Made by a program: the position numbers and the translations under genes | Notes under the pieces: generated by a model | What the model saw: only the letters and a program-made list of their open reading frames with translations | The model's database searches: none | What the model was told of the DNA's origin: nothing | Shown: positions 23,101-34,619 of the stretch, one piece after another | Layout: each line of letters opens with the position of its first letter | Numbering within the stretch: the first letter of the stretch is position 1 | Assembly: GCA_973895155.1 (NCBI GenBank) | Contig: OZ316894.1 | Span: 26,831,240-26,895,239 of the forward strand | Reading direction: 5' to 3' | DNA length: 64,000 nt | DNA from: Marsupella aquatica | Lineage: Eukaryota; Plantae; Marchantiophyta

Positions 23101-24812
23101 GGTGCAGCAAAAGGGTCTATACCACAACTGTGACCGAGATTGTCACCCAAAACCTTGAAGAAACCCCAACCTCCGACTCCTCAAACTCCGACAAGCTCCT
23201 CACGAACGTTGCAGCAGCCACAACCTTCTTCGCCCTACCAGCCAAAAACTAAATGTCCCTAAAGGAGATCGAGCAGGAATGCAGGTCTATGAGTAGACTG
23301 CAAGCGCAAGGTTAGATCACTGCAACTGCCTGAACACTGCTCCTCGAGAGCATAAACAAGCACATAACGCGCGGGAAGTTCACTCCGCAATGGTCGCAAA
23401 AAGTGGGCAACACTGAAAGGAAAACCCTACGTAAAACCCCGAACACTCCACCCCTCACGTTCTAAGTTCAATGACAATGGCGAAAACTCCAAAGAGACTC
23501 CCAAAGTGAAGTTTAGTGCCTGAAACCGAATTAGGGGAAGCCACTCAGCCTTACCGTTTGAGTGAGCCGTTGAGTGTCACCCAAAGTGGGACAAAGCTAC
23601 AAAGTGTTACTGCATGGCCAACTTAGGCAATGAATGGTCATATTTGCACATACATGGTCGGTAGTGACATTTTATTGCACGCCGTAATCAGGATTAAGGT
23701 TGCCCAACATTATATCCGGTCCTAAAATGCAATATTCCCGGTGCAAGAATGTGACCTAGCTCTAATGTATGAAAAAGGACCGGTACAAATCTACCTTTGT
23801 GCATCTTGACCTTTTATAGATGGATTTAGTAATGGCCAAGAATATCTTGACCATCCCTCCATGGTCCAACCTCCATGAACCCCACTTCATTAAACCCAAA
23901 ACCATTTTGGTCACAAATAAGGAAATTTAATGAGTTATGCCCCTTGCTATCACCCTCTTTATAGATTTATTTTTTTGTTTGAAATTTTACATTTATTCCG
24001 CGTGAACCCCACGGATGGGGGAACCAGTAGGCCAAATGGCATCATAAAACCTCAACACCCAAAGGAGGCAATAACAAAGAGTTACTCAACCAGGGTCATC
24101 AGATCAGGCAAAGATTGCGAAGCCGTTCTTCTAGTGGTCCATGCAACAAGTAACAACTAGGGAATAAGCACTAGAAGGCGCAGTAGGTCAGCATAGTGTA
24201 AGTGTAAAGTGTCAAAGCATTGTCTAGTACTAAATTAATCCACCTGATTAGTAAGAAGGGGGTGTATACTGTAATGGGAAAAAGAAAAAAAAACCAAGGC
24301 ATGAGCAAGGGCCACCAAGAGTGGTGCAGCTATAAGCTATAGGGATTGAACACAATGCGGGGGGGGGCAGTGGCACTATGTATGAGGAAATCACGGGAGT
24401 ATCGGTGTCAAATGAGTCGACAAAACTCCCAGATAGCCACACAGTATAAATCAATCTCACAGAAGGCTGCCATCAATGGAGGAAACAATTTGACACGACC
24501 CACATCTGAGAGTGTGAATTCGCTCGATCTCCAGCAGTTCTTTGGCACTCGATAGACGTCGGTGCTTTCGGCTCAAAGATGAAGGAGAATTACCCCTCCT
24601 CAACATAGAGTGAACATTACCCATGATGTGCTAGACTATATATTCACCCTTCACAAAGTAGCAAGGTTACTTCTCATAGTCTTTTAGTGAACCATAAAAC
24701 TCTCATAGTCTTTTCTAGTCTTCAACAAAACCGGTGCAATGGGTGCGAGTCGTTTTAAGTATGGAAAAAGGACTTAGTGGGCATAGTCCTATAAGGTATG
24801 GTCTAAATTGCC

Positions 24813-24828
24813 CCGGTTTCTACTAGTG
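24813..24828 (-). repeat. CACTA terminal inverted repeat (5' end of element A)
   Basis: Reverse complement reads CACTAGTAGAAACCGG; it lies about 12 bp inside an intron (GTACATG donor) of element B's transposase. Confidence 0.85.
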
Positions 24829-24839
24829 AGTTATCATGT

Positions 24840-27637
24840 ACCTGAGCCATGGTGCAACCTGTACATGGTTCTGTAGGTAATAGGTGTGGGCAGCATCTCG
24901 ATCAGCAACAGTTAGAGACAGTTTACTTGAGGCCCCTTCCAAGACCACACCTTTAACCCCTGCCTCTTCTTCAGAGTCCCAGACCCGCTGCCGAGTTACT
25001 TGGCACTGAACCATATACTCTGCGAGAAATCCCAATGCCTCCTCTAGGATATAACCCTCAGCCATAGATGCCTCTGGTCGTGCCCTATTTCTTACAAAAC
25101 CCTTTAGGTTTTTCAGGTATCTCTCGATTGGAGACATCCACCGTTGTGATACAGGTCCACATATATCTAGCTCTTCCACTATATGCACCATCAAATGTGT
25201 CATGACATCAAAAAATGAAGCTGGGAAATGCATTTCCAGAGCACACAAAGTATGTGCCACATCTGTCATCAGTTCATCCTTAGTGCTAGGGTCCCAGACC
25301 TTACAGCAAATTTTACGCCACACACGACACACACTAATGATAGCCATTCGAGGTCCTGTTGCCATCAAGTCCTTCAATGCCAAGGGAAGTATCTGCTGCA
25401 TTAGGCAATGGTAGTCATGAGACTTGAGACCAGCCAACTTATTGCTGGCTCTCACACACTTTGCCAATGAGCTACCAAAATCTGTGGGAACTTTTCAAGT
25501 TCTTCAAAGTGCCCAGAAACTTCTCCAGCTCTGGTTTGCTCATCACATAAGGCGCCTTGGGCTTCACAAAGTGATCCTTCTTATTGTTTGGATGAGGCTT
25601 CATCCATAGCTGCTCGTGAATGCCTTCAGCCTCCATATCATTCCGCACAGCAGTGGTATCCTTCTTCCCAGAAGTAGTGTGAATCAAATTCTGAGCAATG
25701 TTCTTCTCTGTGTGCATGGGATCCAGCACATGGTTGATCAGAAGTTTCTGTATGCAAACAACAAAAAGCAAATCAGTCCAACTGCAAATTGACATGTGTG
25801 TACAATGCTGGTTGCAATATCTTCAAGTAAAAACCGTGAATGCAAGTGTGATTTTACTCACCGACCAGTATGGCAGCTTTGCAAGCCCTTGTGTCCTCTT
25901 CACCCCATGAAGCTTCGAAGGACAGTTCTTGCTTCCTTGTTTGGCCCCAGGTGTTTTCAAGTACTCTTCCACCTCAGCAGCAAAGGCTAATTTTTGCTCA
26001 CAAGTCATCCTTGGGGGAGGCCCCCGTGGCTCGCACTCCCCATCAAATTTTGCTGCATAACTTTGGGAGCGGTACTTATGGTTCTCCTCCAACCACCTTC
26101 TACTCCCCAGAAATACATTCTTGGATAGAGCAGCAGACCTTCTGCAGCTCACATTGGGACCACACACAATGCATCCATTATCCTTTTGTGACTTGACCCG
26201 ATATGAGACCCAAAGCTGGATAGTGATTCACTGTCCACAATAGAATGGCCCGCAGATTGAACCACTTATTCAGGCCAGGCCTATCAAGTGAATCAAAGCA
26301 TGGAACTCCCTCCCAGAGCTCCAAAAGCTCCTCCAACAATGGAGCCATGTAAATGTCAATGTTGCGGTCAGTCACTGAATCAGGCCCAGGGATCAGCAAA
26401 GATAACATAATGAAGAACTTCTTGGTGGACAACCAAGGGGGCAAATTGTAATTCAACAATACCACAGGCCACGTAGAATGCTTGAGGTTGTTTTCCCCAA
26501 GGGATTCACACCATCCAGAGCCAATCCAAGGTGTACATTGCGAGGCTTTGCTTCAAATGTTGGATCAATTGTTGTATCAATCTCCTTCCATGCCCTAGAA
26601 TCTGCAACATGCCGGACCTTTCCATCTGTGCTTTTACTGTCCTTATGCCATGTCATCAACTCCGAAATAGCCTTGCACCTATACATTCGTTTCAACCTGG
26701 GTATGAGGGGGAAATGTCGAAGGACTTTCACAGGTTGCTTTGATTGCCCAACCTGCTTATACCTAGGCTTTTTGCACAGTGGACACTCATCGCAATCAGC
26801 ATGCTCCTTTCTAAATAGGACACATCCATCCTCACAAGCATGAATTTTGACATAATCCAAGCCAGCATGACTGATCAGCTTCTTGCATGCATACAGGTTT
26901 TTAGGCAGCAGATTCTTAGCAGGCATCAACTGTTTCCCCATCAACAAAAGCAGTTCATCAACTCCAGAGTTGGTGAAACCATGATTATGGCATGTGTTTA
27001 GAAATGTCAACACAAATGACAATTGGGAAGTAGTGGACCCCTCATACAAAGGGGCACACGCCTCTTCAAATGCTTGCATCATCTTCTCCTCTGCCTGTTG
27101 GTCCCAAATCTGAGGTGTTGCTTCTCCAGATGTACTGTCCGCCTCCAGAAGATCATCCATGTTGAAGAGACCCTCTTCACTTTCCTGCAGAGTGGGCTCC
27201 TCTGCAGTGGTTTCTTGGACGGGTTCACTGGCACTAGCAGTTTCACTTGGTATTGCCAGGTCCTCTAGTATCCCAGGGATATCTATGCCACAATCCATAT
27301 CATTGGCAAGTTCCTCTGCACATCTTGCATTGTCCACAAGGCCCTCAAATGCACCATCCCCCTCCATGCATCATGCATTCCACTCATCATCAGAAGAGTC
27401 ACAGTCCTCGCCCCACCAATACCTTTGCGATGGGTGGCGAGAATTCTGAATGAGGTGCTTTTTGACAGTCCCTAGACTAACACGATTACCCCTACAGTTG
27501 CAAATGTAGCAAGGACATTTTATCTTTGTCATCCCAGCAGCTCTATAGGCTGCAGTCTGTCGACGCCACAACTTGTCATCCCTCCTATTCAAGTCATCTT
27601 GACTACCACGAAAGTTCCTCAACATTGTTTCAGGCAC
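24840..27637 (-). pseudogene. Degenerate CACTA TnpD transposase of element B
   Basis: Fragments 27637-27371, 27367-26453, 26465-26178, 26167-25823, 25795-25472 and 25467-24823 carry the same motifs as A. Premature stops near 27372 and 26179, frameshifts near 26490 and 25490. Confidence 0.9.
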
Positions 27638-27877
27638 TTCAAGTCAATCCAATCAATGTCTTCCACTCAATTTGCCAAAATGTAGAGGACCCACGTGCCT
27701 TGCAACCTCTACAAGCTCTCTAGATACTGCAATCCTCCACTCTAATGGTACCAGCACTAGACTCCACACCTCTAGGCTACTCTGCATGTACATCCATGAC
27801 CATATCAGAATACAATGGTGTGTAGTCATAGAAACCCACTCCACTAGAGTGATATCAGATCTGTGAATCTTATCAGA

Positions 27878-28402
27878 TCAGTACAAATACCACTCCTGTG
27901 CTCGATGATAGTCAACCCTCAGGTACTCAGGCAAGTACATTAAGTCATCTAAGTCTAACCCAAGATCATGCCATGGTGGTCTACGATCAGTGCCTACAAG
28001 TAGTAGTTTCAATACCTTCCATTGTGGGGACATGGCTACCAAGTCCCTCCATTGGGTACTAATGAGTCGATATTGGCAAATGTCCTGCGCTGATGACATG
28101 GGAAGAACCCTAGGCCATACATTTGTGACTACTAAATCATATGGCAAAACATGTAGCAAACTACTACATTCCTCATCATCCTCTTCACACCCGGCTTCAC
28201 ACTCATCTGCCGAAAAGTAAACCTCCTCCTCATCTACCTTACAATACTGTACAACAGATTCAAGGTTGACAATGGTTCTGCCAGGTGGGGGTACAAATTG
28301 TCGGATTACCAAACCAACCAGCCAAACCACCACAAAATACATCCATGTAGCCACCCGTATGAGGAGTCTACATATGGTGTGGCGGTCTGGAATAAATGAC
28401 AT
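27878..28402 (-). CDS. F-box-like accessory protein of CACTA B
   Basis: LLHVLPYDLVVTNVWPRV...YRLISTQWRDLV...LLVGTDRRPPWH; clear homolog of 11806-12375. Confidence 0.72.
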   Translation of the reverse strand: MSFIPDRHTICRLLIRVATWMYFVVVWLVGLVIRQFVPPPGRTIVNLESVVQYCKVDEEEVYFSADECEAGCEEDDEECSSLLHVLPYDLVVTNVWPRVLPMSSAQDICQYRLISTQWRDLVAMSPQWKVLKLLLVGTDRRPPWHDLGLDLDDLMYLPEYLRVDYHRAQEWYLY

Positions 28403-29028
28403 ACCGAGTGTAGTGTTTCACCTCCAGCATTCACTGGTGAGAACCTACAACATGGACATGACAATAAGCTCAGCTCCCTCATAATTTGTACTTGCCACTC
28501 CATAGTTGTCTCTTTTGAGTTCATACTGTGAATTTTTATTTGCAGAAAAGTTTTACGTTTTATGTCTTTGTTTCATGTGTTTAGGATGCTTCTTTCAAAC
28601 CTGAAACTCTATTGCTACCCACAGACAGCAGGTTGAAGAAAATACCCCATTGGCAATGCCCCATCCATGACACCCAACAAACAAGACAACCAGATAAACA
28701 CTGGGTCCAAACAATTCAATCACATCCACAGTATTGACATCCATAAACATCAACTAGGATGGACCTCATATTGGTATACAAAATAATTACCAAATAAATA
28801 AGTAGAGTTTGAGTACTTTGATTTTCTAGACAGCTGGCCTTAGTCAATTAAACCCAGAGCATTGTCTCCATGCTCGTGCTAACCATTCACACAGTGAATA
28901 AAATGTGTGAACAAAATGTGTAAACAAAATGTGTGATGCGGACAAAACATCATTGTTCCATTAACTAACTAAGTGTATCGATGTCTACAGTAGTATTGAT
29001 GTATTTGAACCAAAATGGACCACGTCAA

Positions 29029-29682
29029 TCAAAGCCAGGAGATGTGATCATGAGCTGCTGTGCCTAGAGCAGGGTCAATAGGATGGTCAGGACAGTAAAT
29101 CATCCAACGTCCCTGGTCATGTGCAGTATGATGCCAGGGCACTCTGTCCGATGCAAAACCTTGACGCTGGCTCTCGGCTAGGCAAGTACGATGCCAAGTT
29201 TTGGGACATCTCAAACACTGCACGGCCTCTGCCAGATGAGGGTCACGATGGTCTTGCTGGCATGCAACACATGTATGGATGGGGCAAGACTCCACATCAA
29301 GTGGCAAGCATCCATGACAATAAAAACGAACACAATATGGCTGGGGGCACTGCCTGGCTACAACAGAGACAATGCCACACTGAAAACACCTGTATGTCTT
29401 ATCCTTACACTCTGGACAATACCAAGGATCGTCATCCTTGCCTGGTGCAATAAATACGGCAGGGCATGTGCCGACAGCTTCACCAACTTTGGAAACATGG
29501 TGGAAGTGCCGATGGCAAGCCCCATCACACATGGCCAGATCTCCATGCCAGTCACAAATGCCACAAAGCTGGGGACTACACTGACGTTTCTCAATGTCTG
29601 ACCACAATTCAATCATCAACACATCTTCCTCCTTTCTCATTCGAGTATCATTCTTTCTGGCTTTATGCTTGGTCCTAGCCAT
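29029..29682 (-). CDS. Stand-alone EDM2-like composite PHD-finger protein (CACTA B) starting MARTKHKARK
   Basis: CGICDWHGDLAMCDGACHRHFH...CPIHTCVAC...CLRCPKTWHRTCL...IYCPDHPIDPALGTAAHDHISWL. First ATG at 29682; homolog of 13963-14643. Confidence 0.85.
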   Translation of the reverse strand: MARTKHKARKNDTRMRKEEDVLMIELWSDIEKRQCSPQLCGICDWHGDLAMCDGACHRHFHHVSKVGEAVGTCPAVFIAPGKDDDPWYCPECKDKTYRCFQCGIVSVVARQCPQPYCVRFYCHGCLPLDVESCPIHTCVACQQDHRDPHLAEAVQCLRCPKTWHRTCLAESQRQGFASDRVPWHHTAHDQGRWMIYCPDHPIDPALGTAAHDHISWL

Positions 29683-30510
29683 TAAGACCACTGGACATTC
29701 ATGAACAAGAAAACTTGAAGAGTTATTACACTGTTAAATTGGCTGTCATAAAACACGTACTACCACTTGCATATTGCAATCCAATATGGGGCCAGGATGC
29801 AGAGGACTCACCAACTGTACTCAACCAAGAGGAAGGCACTGAAATTTGGAGATTGTCTTGATCGGTTTCAGATGTAGTTCTCAATCCCCTCTCACGTCAC
29901 AAGATGTAAAACAAGGATTCATAATCTGCAACAGCACAAATGTGACACAAAATAGTCATTGGACTACATACATGCATCTGATGTTTTGTTTCAAACTCCT
30001 TCTGTAACTAAAGGTTGCCTCAGACTCATTCAATACTATTCCAATTATGCAAAGGACAATAGGCTTGCCATCGAACTCAGAAAAATAATTGCATGGACAC
30101 TCTTCAACTTTCTTCATTCACTATACCCGATCTAGAGCCATAAGGCATATGTGCGAGGGGGGAGTGGGAGTCATTGACAGAGACTTTTACTATTGGATTC
30201 AACTTTCAGTTAACAGTAGATTGTGGGCCTTCTGGAACAGAGTCTTGAACATAGATGTTGAGTGGACTGGTGACATCTTAGATTAAAATGTTGTGCTTAG
30301 TAGATAGGATTTTTGCAATATACTTCAAAACTTTAATTCCACTGAGGTGTTCAAACCCTCAATCCAAAATTGTACGAATATAGAAAAAGTCAGAGCAGTT
30401 CAAGTTATTTCTCAGTGTTTAAGTTACTATTTCATCCAAAAATATGCCTTATCTCATTGCATCCTGGTACGTGCATATTGTGTTAGAATTCCTGCAGCTG
30501 TAAACTAACT

Positions 30511-30963
30511 TCAAATCAAACATGATGTGTCCGAGAAACCCCCAATAGCGGGGTTGGGCAGGGCTGGACACCCGAGATCACTATCCACACCATTCAACAA
30601 TGCAAAGTGATTCCAAAGGATGCATATCCTCCTACTTTGTTTAGCAGCTTTGTCAGCACCGACCAGGGTTTTTGGGTTGACCACCCTACAAGCAACGCAG
30701 TCATACTGGCAAGAATGGATACATCCATGCGCTAGGATGGCCTTGACGTGTGGCACTTCGCCAATAAGTGACACATACACCACGGATGTGGGAAAGGGTA
30801 ATGCCACAGGTGGAGGCTGGCTGTAGTCATTCTGGACTACAACTGGATAACAAAAATACCATGTAGAGTGGGCTGGCCATGTGCCACGTCTGACAAACTC
30901 CAGACGCAATCTCTCTGCGGTGCCTGCAAGACTCTGAGAATGAGCGCTGCGAGTCCTCACCAT
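30511..30963 (-). CDS. Small Cys/His-rich accessory protein of unknown function (CACTA B)
   Basis: 150 aa; MVRTRS...WYFCYPVV...FPTS...GCIHSCQYDCVAC...CILWNH...CPALP, conserved with the split copy in A. Confidence 0.7.
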   Translation of the reverse strand: MVRTRSAHSQSLAGTAERLRLEFVRRGTWPAHSTWYFCYPVVVQNDYSQPPPVALPFPTSVVYVSLIGEVPHVKAILAHGCIHSCQYDCVACRVVNPKTLVGADKAAKQSRRICILWNHFALLNGVDSDLGCPALPNPAIGGFSDTSCLI

Positions 30964-32944
30964 AGCTTTTCTCGATCACGTCCTGTGCTGCTTTGCTCAC
31001 GTCCACAGCAGGTCCACTCGCTCCTGAAACTATAAGACCATGGTTAAAAAACTGGAGATTTCATCACTGACCCAGAATTTCAGTTTATATACAGGGATGA
31101 ATCCCTGAACGTTTTAAAGGACAAGCTCAGACAGGCTCAAGACTTTCCCAATGCCAACAGTTGGTCATTCTATGTACCCCAAACACAAACAAGACTCCAT
31201 TAACCATAATAGAGTACCAAATAGGATTCCAAGATTCATAAAAGAGAAGCAACAGCAGGAGACAAGATGAAGAAACTCAAAACATACCATTGACCATACC
31301 AGAGTTTTCAATCGGACGGCAAGACCGACAGTAGGCCTAGCATTGATCAAGACAAACAAAAATCTGATACTAGTATAGCAAGTAAAGAGCTTCTTCTCTG
31401 CAACAAAACCAGTTTGTCTCTATTTCAACTGTGAACCATTAGTCTCTATTTAAACAGTTAACCCGGGACGTGGAGAGGACAAGACTATTAAATGACAAGA
31501 CTAAAGAGTATTTCATTCTTCCATTCTGTACTCATCTATAGCAAACAGCAAGCAATATGTGACCAGTATGCTTCTGTAAGCCTTACAGACCAGCAATATG
31601 TGACCTTAAAGAGAGGCTTTTGACAGGAATTCTGGCGAACACGGCCATCCACCAACGAGGGATAGGGGTAGTCCATACAATGAGCAAAACTGCAGAGAAG
31701 AAGGCAATGACACGGATGATGGGAATCCAAAATAGCCAATAGGTACAGAGGATGAGATTCTGAAGCCCAAGCAACAAAGCGGAGTAGCTAGCAACCTAAA
31801 CCTTGCTCTCGACCGCCACTCAAACTTGCAGCTGATCGAATCCCGGCTCTCAAAGTTGTAGCTGAGTCTTGCCTCTCAAACTTGCAGTGGCCCTCAAACT
31901 CGTACCTCAATCCCAGCTCTCAAACCTAGCAAGTCGATCGCTGATCACTCAAACACCTATATAACAAATTTTAATGAAGTTCTAGCTAATAAAACTCACA
32001 GCAACTTGCAGCGCAAGTGAACTCACCGTTGTAGCAGTTGGCAGGCGTCAATTGAGTTCACCTCAAATCTTGCAGCATTACAAGTGTAGCCCAACTCAAA
32101 GGTTGCAACAGAATTTTAACTCACTGTTACTCAAACTTGATCAGCAGTAGCAAGTCACATCTCAAGTCACTTCTTGAAACTGATCTTGCTACACCTCCTA
32201 AAACTGCAAGTCGCATGTCAAGTCGTCTGAGCCTCAAACTGATGTTGCTGCGCCTCCTACAACTAATGTTGTTGCGGCTCCTCAAACTGCAAGTCGCATC
32301 TCAGATGCCCAAAGCAGCAATGTCAGCGCAGCCCAAACAGTCAAACTTAATTGGAGACAGCAACTTACCAGCTCAATCGGAGACAACAACTTACCAGCTC
32401 AATCAGATGCAACAACAGCATGCGCACATCCCAGGCTCAGTTGCAATTGATAACCCTTGCACAACCTCCTCAGTGAGAGAATATGCAAGAAGCTCCCTAA
32501 TATAGCTAAGGATCGAAGGTTTTTGCAATCAACGGAAGTGAGAGGAGTTACCGTAAGTCTTCACAAAATGAACCCAAGTTGGGGCTGGCTGCCGCTCGCT
32601 CAATGATATCAAGTACAGTTGGGCAGCGATTGGAGGAGCCAAAGCCCGATGGATCCCGCAGCCGTGACCTCGTGCAGCTAGGGCAGCGATTGGAGAGGCG
32701 AAGCCCGATGAGTTCATCAGCAAAAGAAAGAATTCCGCGGCGGTGAGCTCACAGTCTCACATTCTCACAAGGCAACAGACCACATTCAGACCTAGACTGC
32801 CTGCAGATCCAACTCCCGTTTGGAAAAAGTGTTACCCAGGTTGAAGCTCAACTCAATGAAGTACCAGCTCAAAGTTGGCAGACCCTAAATCGCAGCTTGC
32901 AATGATTGAGAACTCTATCAAAGCCTGTAGCTCGCTCCAACAGC

Positions 32945-33205
32945 TTGTAGCTCCGCACAACACAACACTCCTGCGCAGCCCTCCCGCAGCGCTCCGCAAA
33001 GCACTCCCGCAGCACACTGCACAACACAACACTCCTGCGCAAATCTCCGTGACCCACTGCCGAGAAGAATGATAACGGACCCCAGCTCAATCGGATAACA
33101 GTGAGCTAGCTTGGACGCGCAGCTCCGCACAGCACAACACTCCTGCACAGCCCTCCCGCAGCGCTCCGCAAAGCACTCCCGCAGCACATTGCACAACACC
33201 CCTGC
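32945..33205. repeat. Short direct duplication (~85 bp unit, ~172 bp apart) in CACTA B
   Basis: agctccgcaca.cacaacactcctgc.cagccctcccgcagcgctccgcaaagcactcccgcagcaca occurs near 32949 and 33121. Confidence 0.8.
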
Positions 33206-34619
33206 AGCTCCACGAGCCCTGATCTGATTGCAAACTCTTTGGGCACAACAGAAGCGCAACTTTGCTAAACCCGGGGCTAAACCCCTCGACTCCCTCGCCC
33301 TAAACGCTTTGTGGCAGCCACACAAACACAACATTCAACGTTGAGTCTCGATAGTTTGTGGGAAAAATAAAACTTGACTCACAGGCCCGCGGGTGCAAAG
33401 AGCCATTTGGCGCGAACCTAACTGACATGTCAGCCGGCCCCTAGAGTGATCTCAGCCGTCCGGATGAAATGAGACTACCTTGAGTGATCTCAACCATCAA
33501 TGAGGCTGAATTTGATGTTAAGCCAAGGCCCCCAATCCCTCTACTTCAAGTGTCTAAATTACACTCCAAGCATTGTCTAACCCCACAAAATAAGTCCTAA
33601 GTCATGACAACTCTGCCCTCTCAATGTATAGCAAAAAACCAATAATTTCCAATATGCCACCAACAATATTAGGTGGTATAATTAGGTACTAGTAAGTATT
33701 GTCGCATGCACTAGACTTTCTTTGTGTGAAAAATGACATCATCCATATGGACTTTTTTGTGTCATTAATGAAATGATCTAATACGAGTCTGACTAATATA
33801 ATGCCAATTCAAACATTTGTCCTAAACCCACATTTTATTTTATAGAGTACCCAATGAGCTATCACTTTTTGCCTATTACCAATTTTAATACCCTAGTACT
33901 CCTTTCAAGTGTGTTACAAATCACACAAAGCTTGAGAAGAAATGTAGGTGGTGCCAGGCCACCAAACAATACTTTTTCTATGACACTCAGTTGAGAGTTA
34001 CATAAACCATCCGGAAACCCCTCGCTTCTACGTGCCCTAAACCCTGTACTTCATTTAAATTGCTATCATATTCTCTGGATATATTATTATCCCTTGGCAC
34101 CATTCACTTAACTTCTCTGGTAATTTAATTATCCACTCCGACCTTCAATCACTATGTTTTTTGTCAATGTTAAGTGGTATATATGTAGTCTTGCAGGTAT
34201 AATCCTTGGGAACCACCACATCCAAAGTGGTTTTGGCCAATCCTAAAAAACACCCCACTACTTACTTGATTGCAAGTTGTTAAAAAGAAACTATAATTGT
34301 TGTATCACAAAAATGGGGAACCAAACCACCACATTCAAAGTGCTTTTGCCAGCCCTCAAAAACCCACTACCTCTTTGCCAGTGGTTTCAGCAGTCTATCA
34401 CTAAAATGTTGGTGACATTGTTACTGCACTGTGGTGACAATCCAGTATGACATGATCTGTAGTGGTATTTACAAGATCTCTGTCCCTTACTTGATTGTCA
34501 GTTATTTGTAAATTACAACATTTATGTCATTTATCACTCAAGACTAGGTGATGGTACTAGCACTAGAATACATGTGAGAGTTTGGAACCACATTGTTATT
34601 GAAAGTGTTTACACACAAT

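Larger units (their letters stand above)
4265..24828 (-). mobile_element. CACTA (En/Spm) transposon A; 5' terminus at 24828, other end outside window
   Basis: Minus-strand terminus CACTAGTAGAAACCGG. Contains TnpD-type transposase and TnpA-like genes plus accessory ORFs, all on the minus strand. Confidence 0.88.

Noticed and set aside
20694-23127. Additional cargo genes among short ORFs in A's upstream region
   Set aside because: No recognisable motifs and no homologs visible in element B; cannot be supported.
24169-24177. CACTAGAAG on the + strand as a possible left TIR pairing with 38558
   Set aside because: The match stops after 9 bp, the flank does not give the expected AGG TSD, and the site lies inside element A's subterminal region.
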